Assembly (NCBI GenBank): GCA_964619725.1
Contig: CAZUFC010000124.1
Span: 1-23,657 of the forward strand
Length of the DNA: 23,657 nt
Direction of reading: 5' to 3'
From: an uncultured bacterium
GTDB lineage: Bacteria; CSSED10-310; CAZUFC01
The position numbers and the translations under genes were made by a program. Shown in pieces: positions 8,034-16,500 of this stretch. The notes under the pieces are model-generated. The model saw only the letters and a list, made by a program, of their open reading frames with translations, was not told where the DNA came from and did not search any database. Numbering within the stretch: the stretch's first letter is position 1; every line of letters starts with the position of its first letter.

Positions 8034-8313
8034 AAGGCTTGTGAAGAGCATTTGTGTTCGGGTGAATTTCGGGCGGGTTTTGAATTCTTGACTTCTGCAT
8101 CAGCGATTCAATAGGGTGAAAAACGGGAGCCGGTTTATAGCGAAAAAGCCGGAACCGGAGAGGCAAGGTCAGTCAGCAATTATAGCAGTTTGAGATTGGG
8201 TTGAGGGAAGTATGGTTAAGCGAGCTGACGCGGCAGTTTATAAAGAGGGGAATTTTTATATGAGAGAGATAAACGGCGGCCTAAGACATCAACCGACAAA
8301 AGAGGGGTCTGAT

Positions 8314-10680
8314 GTGCGTCGGATGTCCATTTTCAGATTATTCATTTTGTTATTCGCAGTTCAGGTTCTGCTCCAGGCTTGCGGGGGTAACGATCATGAA
8401 CAGGACGTGGAACAGGCGGTTAAAATGGATGCAACGCCGTTTACGGAAAATATTGAGGAGCCGTCGGATCATTCGTCGTCGGAAAGCGCCGTTCAGGGTG
8501 AAGCCGCACTGACACCGCCGGAGGAATATACGAATGTCATGATAATAACGCTTGATACGACGCGATGGGATCGTCTGGGGTGTTACGGCGACGGCGGGGC
8601 GCGAACGACGGCTCTGGACCGGCTGGCAGAGCGTGGAGTCCTTTTCCGTTCGGCCTATTGTCATGTTCCTTTGACGTTGCCGTCGCATACTTGTTTATTT
8701 ACCGGCGTTTATCCTCCGACTACGGGAGTTCGGGTGAATGGAGAGGTGGTAAGCGATGAAGGTGTCACAATGGCGGAAGTATTCAAGTCTCACGGATACC
8801 GCACGGGCGCTTTTATCGGCGCCTGGGTATTGAAATGGGCATTCGGACTCCACCGGGGATTCGATTTTTATGAAGATGACATCAGGGGCGATGACGAAAA
8901 GTCGATATACAGCGAACGCTCTGCAGACCAGGTATGCGACTCAGCCATAAAATGGTTGAACCGGGCCCCTTTTCAGCCTTTTTTCGTATGGATTCATTTT
9001 TTCGATCCCCACTATCCATACGCGCCGCCGGAGACTTACGAAAAAATGTTCGATCATGCTTATGACGGAGAGATAAGTTTTATGGACAGGCAGCTCGAAA
9101 GGATCATTATCTGGCTGGAGGAGAGAGGTTTACGCGAAAAGACGCTGATAGCGGTCGCCGGCGATCATGGAGAGGCTTTTAACGAGCATGATGAGGTCGA
9201 GCATGGGTTGCTGGTTTACGATACTACTATGAGGGTGCCTCTTATGTTTTCCTGTCCCGGCCGTTTGCCCAATGCAGGCATACGGACGGACCATGCTGAA
9301 TTAGTGGACGTGATGCCCACGGTCATTGATCTGATGGGTTGGGCGTCCGCGCCGGGTCTGCATGGAAGGGCTCTTTTCGGGGATGCTCCGCGCCGGGAAG
9401 TTAATTCGGTCAACGTTTACGGAGAAAGCGAATACCCGGAATTCGCTTATCGCTGGGCCGGTCTTAAAACGGTCATTAAAGGTCCCTGGAAATACATCGA
9501 TGCTCCGGAACCTGAATTGTATAATCATGAGATCGATCCCGCTGAAATGAATAATGCAGCAGCAGACCATCCTGAACTGACGGCCGATTTTAAAGCTCAG
9601 CTTATTGATTTACTCGGCGATATGGAAAAACGAAAAGAACAGGAAATGGAGCTGGATCAGCAGACTTTAAGCGCGCTGGAAAGTCTGGGATATGTAGCCG
9701 CTTCAGCGCCGGTCAATGCAAAATTCGAGGATGAAAATCTACGTAATCCCATGAAGATGATTTCGGTGTATAATGCTATCGTGGAAGCCAGGCATATTCT
9801 CAAGAGGAACAGGCATGAAAAGGTTGTGAGTCTTCTTGAACCGATGTCAGAGTTAAGTCCGGAGACTGATGAATTATTCGCGGTGCTGGGAGAAGCCTAT
9901 TATAAACTGGAGAAATATCAGAGGGCGGAGGATGCTTTCCGGAAGAGCCTCAGGATAAATTCGACGAACCCGCGAAGACTGGTCATGCTCGGTGACGCAT
10001 TGTATCATCAGAATAAAATAGACGAAGCCAGAAGCGTTTTTCTCGATGCGAAAAAGATCGCTTCTGATTATGATGAAACCAGCAGTCGTCTGGGAATGAT
10101 GTATCTGATGGAAGGCAGGTATGAAGAATCTCTGAAGCATTTCAAGAAATACATGAGGTTGAATCCTGATAATGCCAGGTCGATAGCGAACACGGCGGGC
10201 GTGCTTTCACGGATGAAGCGGTACAAAGAAGCGATAAAATTGATGGAAAAAGCGTTGAGGATCGAACCGGATTTTGGTGCGGCTCATCGATCTTTGTGGC
10301 AGTTATACCGAGCGACAGGGCAATATGATAAATCGATCAGGGCATTGCGGGAGGCTGAAGAAACTTTGCCCTATGATTGCGATATCAAAATTAATCTGGC
10401 TTCAGCGCTCGCGTCGATGAATGCCGTAAGCAGGAACGAAAGCGCCGGCAAACTGAAAGAAGCGAAAGATTTGGCTGAAAAGTGCTGCAACAGGAATCCA
10501 AAAAATGCGTTTTATCATTCCGTGCTGTCTTTTACTTATGCCGTATCCGGCAGTTTGGACAGAGCCGTAAAAACGGCGCAAAAGGGGCTTTCGCTGGCCG
10601 AAGAACAGGGTAATCAACAGATGGTGCGACGGATAAGAGATCAGTTAGCGAAGTATCAGAAGGGCGCTGGAGGTTATTGA
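8314..10680 (+). CDS. Lipoprotein with sulfatase-like (alkaline phosphatase superfamily) domain and C-terminal TPR array
   Basis: Motifs ITLDTTRWD, PLTLPSH, HFFDPHYPY, GDHGE and VPLM, followed by several TPR helices. The frame is open from 8212, but GTG8314 (AGAGGGG 8301-8307 upstream) or ATG8323 gives a signal peptide with lipobox LQA-C. The start choice is inference. Confidence 0.85.
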   Translation: MRRMSIFRLFILLFAVQVLLQACGGNDHEQDVEQAVKMDATPFTENIEEPSDHSSSESAVQGEAALTPPEEYTNVMIITLDTTRWDRLGCYGDGGARTTALDRLAERGVLFRSAYCHVPLTLPSHTCLFTGVYPPTTGVRVNGEVVSDEGVTMAEVFKSHGYRTGAFIGAWVLKWAFGLHRGFDFYEDDIRGDDEKSIYSERSADQVCDSAIKWLNRAPFQPFFVWIHFFDPHYPYAPPETYEKMFDHAYDGEISFMDRQLERIIIWLEERGLREKTLIAVAGDHGEAFNEHDEVEHGLLVYDTTMRVPLMFSCPGRLPNAGIRTDHAELVDVMPTVIDLMGWASAPGLHGRALFGDAPRREVNSVNVYGESEYPEFAYRWAGLKTVIKGPWKYIDAPEPELYNHEIDPAEMNNAAADHPELTADFKAQLIDLLGDMEKRKEQEMELDQQTLSALESLGYVAASAPVNAKFEDENLRNPMKMISVYNAIVEARHILKRNRHEKVVSLLEPMSELSPETDELFAVLGEAYYKLEKYQRAEDAFRKSLRINSTNPRRLVMLGDALYHQNKIDEARSVFLDAKKIASDYDETSSRLGMMYLMEGRYEESLKHFKKYMRLNPDNARSIANTAGVLSRMKRYKEAIKLMEKALRIEPDFGAAHRSLWQLYRATGQYDKSIRALREAEETLPYDCDIKINLASALASMNAVSRNESAGKLKEAKDLAEKCCNRNPKNAFYHSVLSFTYAVSGSLDRAVKTAQKGLSLAEEQGNQQMVRRIRDQLAKYQKGAGGY

Positions 10681-10761
10681 GGTTCTTGTTCGGTATTTCG
10701 GGCGGACAGGAAGATTTCGGCGAAAAAGTCCTGTCAGGGACCTAACCCGGATTTATCACAG

Positions 10762-10796
10762 GTTCGGTATCGGAGTCGGTATCGGCATCGAAATTG
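10762..10796. repeat. Degenerate hexamer array (nnATCG), reverse complement of the 4498 type
   Basis: GTTCG GTATCG GAGTCG GTATCG GCATCG AAATTG. Confidence 0.65.
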
Positions 10797-11058
10797 AAAT
10801 AAAAATGATTAGATATTCTGTAGAATTTTAACCTCAAAAGACGCTTTTTTGATCAATGCCCAGATTTTCGAAGTTTCTGAATTATTCAAAGTTGCGAAAA
10901 TTGCAACCTTGAAATAATGATATTTGATCAATGCCGTATCTTTTCATAGCGTTTATTTTGTACGGTTTAACAGTTACTGGAAAAATTCATGCTGAGTCAG
11001 CGAATATTTGACAGGGCTTCGTACGGTGCGCACTAAGATCAAACCTCGCCTCAGGATT

Positions 11059-13482
11059 TCAATCCACCCAGATCGTAACCGGTCTCGACGCCTGTCCTCC
11101 GTAAGGCAATTTAACTTTAAAATTATGTTCTCCTGGTTTCAGTGGCCATCGAACAGTATAGGGATACTCAGCAGTAAGGAAAGGGGAGTCGTCGACGTAC
11201 CATACGACCTGTTGCGCCGGCGGATCGACGACGGCTCTTAAAGCCACCGTTGATAATGCTTCCGGGGTTTCGGGATCGGAATATATTCTCATTCCGTCGT
11301 CTGGTTCCATTATCTTTATTTTGACTGACGAAGGGAGTTTGCGGGCGAATTGCCGGTTTTCCGGTCTGGTGTTGAGTTTGGATTTTTTAAGAAAATTGTA
11401 GAAGTATTTCGGCAGGCAGGGGAGACCTGAGTCTGTCGCCCAGTCGGCATATTTCGGTTCTATCAATGTGAAGGCCCTGAATTCGGTATTTTCCGGATCA
11501 ATAACGTCCAGACATATTTCGTCGGTCAGTTTGTTCACGGGCAAGCGCACATGACTGTCGCATGATTCGCCAGGATCATCGCCGCTCGGCAACCATTCCA
11601 TGACGGTATTTTGGCAGGCGTTGCCGGCAGGTTTTCCGCTGAAAGAACAGATTCTTATGCTATGGTAATTTTCCGGCGGTTCGAAGGCCGAATCCTGTAA
11701 ACCGTCCATTTGATTTCGGTGAAGGAAACTCATGATTTCTTTGACCAGGACGGCTGCGGAATTATATCCGGTCAGACGTTTCATGGGACGGAAATCCGGA
11801 TGTCCGATCCAGACGCCTGTAAGATAATCTTTTGAATAAGCGACAGCCCATACGTCGTGAAAACCGGAAGAGGTTCCTGTTTTGACCGCTGCGGCGAAAG
11901 GATATTCCAGCGAACCCATGCGCGGAAAGCAGGGCAATCGGGCCATGGGGTCAGACAGGAACAGAGCGATCAATCGTACCGTTTTTTCCGAGAATATTCG
12001 TTTTGTCGATACCGGCGGCAGTCCTTCAATCCATTTAAACTCCGAAAGGCATCCATCTCCGGCCAGAACGGAATAAGCTCTGACCAGGTTTTCCAGGGTT
12101 ACCGACAATCCGCCGATGGCCATTCCCAGTCCGTAATATTCAGCAGGAAGAATTCCGCCTGTCAGGCCGATTTCCTGAAAGAATCCGTATACGTTTTCGA
12201 TCCCAATTCTGTTCAAGATATTCACTGCCGGAACATTGCGCGAATTGGCCAGCGCTTTCCGGGGCAACAGGGGTCCCAGGTATTTCCCGTCGGCATTGGT
12301 GACCCCGCCGGCGCCCCGGCGCAGATCATCAAGAATGGAATTCGGATTAATGATGTTTTTCTCTAAGGCCAGGGCATAAATAAAAGGTTTCAGCGCGCTG
12401 CCGGACGATCGGGGTATTCTTGCGTAATCAATGGCGCCTGCAAACCTGTCATCAAAATAATCCGTTGAACCCACGTAGCTTACAAGACGATTAGATTCTC
12501 TTTCCAGGACTATCGCTGCGGCGTTTCCGGCTCCTCCCGGAATACCCCTGTCCTGCATGAAGCGATAAACGAGAGCATCGATTTCCCTCTGCATATCCAG
12601 GTCAAGTGTTGTTCTCAGCAGCCGGCCATTGTCAAGTTTCTCCCGAACCGCTTTATCCGACAGAATTTCTTCCATTCTCAGAACGGCGTGCATCATGCTT
12701 ACCGGACGATTATTTTCGGGCCTGGGATGAATAAAATCCATCTGCTTCATGGCCGTAATATATTCATCCTTCGACATCCGGTTATGGTCAAGAAGGAGAC
12801 CCAAAATTCTTTTTCCTCTTGAGATCGCCTTCAATCTGCCGTCGGCATGATAAGGATTCATTTTACCGGGGCTTTGGGGCAACGCGCACAGAAAAGCCGC
12901 TTCCGCCCAGCTCAGGTCTTTCGCCGGTTTGTCGAAATAAATACGGGAGGCATACCTTATTCCCCTGATTCGATTGCCGTAAGGAGCGATGCGAAGATAA
13001 TGCTCAAGAACGGCATTTCGTCCGTATCTCAAGGTCATCAAAAGCGCTGTGACGGATTCGACGGCTTTTCTCCAGTAAGTGCGTTTCTTTGGGGATTGCA
13101 TCCGGGCTGTTTGCATGGCTATCGTCGAAGCCCCTGAAACGCGTTCGCCTTTCTTCAAGTTCTGAAAAAATGCCCGAACCATTGCAATAGGATCAATCCC
13201 CGGATGATCGTAAAACCGGTGGTCTTCTACGGCTAAAGTCGCTTTTACGGCTTTGTCCGGCATTTCCTCCAGCGGCCAGTAGCCGAAATTCTGATTCTCT
13301 CCCGGGGCATATTCATCAATATAGTTCCCGTTTTTGTCATAGATCAGGTAAGTCGGATCAGGAGAGACCAGTTCTGTGTGCAGCAGAGCTGTCGCAAATG
13401 TGAAAACAGTCAATGAAGTCAGTAATGCTCCCAGCGCCTGAAAAAAACGTTTGAAGATTTTCTTGTATTCAGACAGCGTCAT
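11059..13482 (-). CDS. pbpC: Penicillin-binding protein 1C (transglycosylase, transpeptidase and C-terminal PBP1C domain)
   Basis: N-terminal TM segment. GT51 motifs EDHRFYDHPG, GASTIAMQ and RKAVE. Transpeptidase motifs SALK (SxxK), SRN and KTGTS. C-terminal WYVD...PGEH domain. Lies downstream of an A2M gene. Confidence 0.93.
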   Translation of the reverse strand: MTLSEYKKIFKRFFQALGALLTSLTVFTFATALLHTELVSPDPTYLIYDKNGNYIDEYAPGENQNFGYWPLEEMPDKAVKATLAVEDHRFYDHPGIDPIAMVRAFFQNLKKGERVSGASTIAMQTARMQSPKKRTYWRKAVESVTALLMTLRYGRNAVLEHYLRIAPYGNRIRGIRYASRIYFDKPAKDLSWAEAAFLCALPQSPGKMNPYHADGRLKAISRGKRILGLLLDHNRMSKDEYITAMKQMDFIHPRPENNRPVSMMHAVLRMEEILSDKAVREKLDNGRLLRTTLDLDMQREIDALVYRFMQDRGIPGGAGNAAAIVLERESNRLVSYVGSTDYFDDRFAGAIDYARIPRSSGSALKPFIYALALEKNIINPNSILDDLRRGAGGVTNADGKYLGPLLPRKALANSRNVPAVNILNRIGIENVYGFFQEIGLTGGILPAEYYGLGMAIGGLSVTLENLVRAYSVLAGDGCLSEFKWIEGLPPVSTKRIFSEKTVRLIALFLSDPMARLPCFPRMGSLEYPFAAAVKTGTSSGFHDVWAVAYSKDYLTGVWIGHPDFRPMKRLTGYNSAAVLVKEIMSFLHRNQMDGLQDSAFEPPENYHSIRICSFSGKPAGNACQNTVMEWLPSGDDPGESCDSHVRLPVNKLTDEICLDVIDPENTEFRAFTLIEPKYADWATDSGLPCLPKYFYNFLKKSKLNTRPENRQFARKLPSSVKIKIMEPDDGMRIYSDPETPEALSTVALRAVVDPPAQQVVWYVDDSPFLTAEYPYTVRWPLKPGEHNFKVKLPYGGQASRPVTIWVD

Positions 13483-13493
13483 CAGTAACGGAA

Positions 13494-13555
13494 TGCCGGA
13501 AAGAGATTATGCTGCTGTTGAAGAATATCTGGTTGAATTTCATAATATTCCGGCA
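13494..13555. other. Intergenic stem-loop between A2M and pbpC
   Basis: TGCCGGAA (13494-13501) / TTCCGGCA (13548-13555) plus ATTATG (13506-13511) / CATAAT (13541-13546). Confidence 0.4.
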
Positions 13556-13586
13556 AAACGGGTTGATTAATTGACGATTGCGGTAA

Positions 13587-16500
13587 TTAACGTTCATTTT
13601 TACTTTCAATCATGATTTTTGCGCCGTAAGAAGAACCGTAAACGGAGGAGTCGTACATCATTTCCGCGCAGGCGACCGGCTGTATGAATTGTCCCTGGAA
13701 AGCAGCTTTTGTCCTGAAGTAGAAATCATAAGCGCCTTTGGGCAGGTAATCATAATAATAGGCCGCCGAATCATCCAGAAATGCGGAATAAGACGGTTTC
13801 AAAGTCAGTGTGCCTCTTGGCGTCGCTTCAGGCGGAGAAACGGCCAGGTTGGGATTGAGCGGTTCCATTCCAGCAGCCAGCGGGACGGTTATCGCCACAT
13901 AGTATCGGTCCTGGGGATTAATCAATTGCACATGCTCTTCCACTATATCGCCGACATTATAGGACAATTCGTTGCCTGTTTCGTTCAAAGGCAACTTTAT
14001 CGGCGGCGTATCTTTTTCCCGGAAAATCAACGATTCTCTTTTAACGACGAATCCTTTCGTCTCAGCGGCCGCTTCGCTCGCATCTCCTGCGGGTAAATAT
14101 CCTGTTTCTATTTTAATAATGACGGTTTCATTTCGATCTTCCGAGGGCAAAGTTAATCGTATTTCTCCCGAATCTTTTGCATAGAAACGGTTGAGCGGTT
14201 CTCCCGGTCCCAGCGATACCGTACCGGTTTCATTTTGACGGCTGATTGAAAGGGAATGTTCAGGGGTTTGTTGAAAGGAGGGTTTCAGAAAAGCGGTAAT
14301 GGCGGATATAGCCGCAGCATTGGCATTTGTCGTTCCCCAGCCGTCGACGTCGCCCAGATTGATGAGAGCGTCTTTCAGAACCGGCAATTTATCCGCGCCG
14401 GGCTCAGCTTCGGTTAAGGCCCGGGTCACCCAGGCCAGCGTCCTCGTTTCCGAGGGCAATATCAATTGACTTCGGGAGTAAATGTCCGATTCCAATCCGG
14501 AGTATATTTCTTCGCCCTGGTGCAACCGGAAAACAAGGCCGTCCCACAAGGCATTCCTGATGTTTTCGATTTTTTCCGGAAAATCATCTTTTTTATTCAG
14601 AAGTACTTCCAGAATTCGGGCCTTTGATTCCAGGTTCAAAAATTGCGACCGCCTGGCGAGTTCAGCGGCATAACTTGCATCATAAACTCCGGCTGAGAGG
14701 AGCGCGCGCAAGGCCATACAGCGTTCCGTCCAGGATTCCTGATCGATGAAATGAGAGTAATCCGAACGAAGCGCTTTCTGCAGCGTCCGGATAAGGGAGT
14801 CCAACATTTCCTGATCGACATCGTAACCTGAATTTTGAGCCTGGGAGAGGAATTCCACGGTCCAGGCAGTAAGGGAAACATACCCGCCTGAACCCGGCCA
14901 GTAAGCGCACAGGTTATGGGAGTCTATCACTGACGGAATATAATCGAGAGCGTTTCTCACGGCAATGTCTGTTCTTTGCTGTAATTCATTTTCCTTGAGA
15001 AGGTCCCGGTATTCCTTGAATTGCAGATGCGCCTGGGCCCGGCTTATGCGCTGCTCTGTGCAACCGTAAGGATACCCCATTAAAAAACTCAGTCCTGAAA
15101 TCATGCGTATCAATGCCGGCTCGCTTGAAACAAGAAAAGTCCTGTAAAAAGTTCCAGCCTGGAAATTCACATCGACAGCGGGAATAGTCAGCGTTTCTCC
15201 TGCTCGAATTTCCTTGAGACTCTGGTTAATTACTTTTTTTCGATCCGGTTTGATCGGCAGTTCGACTTCGAAGGCATCCGCAGCTCCGTCTGCGGAGCGT
15301 TCCACGGCGGCCCGGAATACCACTTTTTCAGTAATTAATTCACCTTCACCGTCATAAACGGGGTCGGGGATTTCAACTGTATAATCCAGCCTTTCAGGTA
15401 CCCCGACGCTCCATTGCACTGTTTTCACGGCATCGTCCATCAACCCGGCGTTTTCCGCCTCAAATTCAGCTATGCCGTCGCCTCCTTCGCCTTCCACTAC
15501 CCGGCCGATGACCGTAGCCTTAAAACGGTCGCCCGGTCTGACGAAACGGGGAAGCGACGGTTGCACGATTAACGGCAGCCTAACAGCGATAAGCCCTTTT
15601 GCAAAACCGAATTTGTCGACGCCGCTCACAGCCTTGGCCCGTATCATGAAATTAGTCAGATTATCCGGCAATTCTACAGAAATTGTCGTCTGGCCGTCGG
15701 GACCGATGCGAATGAGGGGGTTATAATAGGGAACAGGCTGAAATGCTTTTCGTACAGTGACTCTTTGCATGAGTCCCGATTCTTCAGCTTCGCCGACGTC
15801 GCCGCCCGGCGCTTCTGCAAAGGGTATGTATCCGAAGCACATGTCCCGGGTATCCCTGATATCGATGAAAGAATATACGGGCGTGATAAAGTCCGGAACA
15901 GGGTCCAGCCGCTGCTCACGACCCAGCGCCAGCACGGCCTGATCGACCAGCCACAAAGTCACTTCGCCCGATACCGGATTGCCCCTGTGATCGCTTAATT
16001 TGATGTCGATATCGATCACATCGCCGGGCTGCGCCCGTTCGGGAGACTCCAGCTCAATATCCAGACTGTGCTCAACAGGCTCAACCTCTATCCAACTTGT
16101 GGCGGCCAGAGTCGCCGGTTTGCCGAGATCAACGCCGGCATCCGTTACGGGACCGGTGTCTTCCAACCTCCCCCGCATTAATACAAAATGAATGGGGATG
16201 CGGGGAACATACACGCTCCGTATCGGAAATTTAAAATTCGCCTTACCGTTTCGCACTTTTATCCATTGATACTGATTCGTCTCCGGTTTTTCCATCACAA
16301 CGAGTATTTCAGCCTTTTGAAACGGACTCTGCAAAACTAGATTCGCAGTTTCACCCGGTTCATATTTTTCTTTGTCCGGCGAAACGGTGAAAATTCGGGT
16401 TTTCGGTTTTTCCCACGCGACAGTCTCCTCGCCGCCGGCATACAAATCTGAAGAAACCGTCTGTGCTCTGCCGATCCTGTCGTGCGATTCCACTTCGATT

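Noticed and set aside
7848..8166. ORFs 7848-8114 and 7960-8166
   Set aside because: These are translations across the REP-like element in a divergent promoter region.
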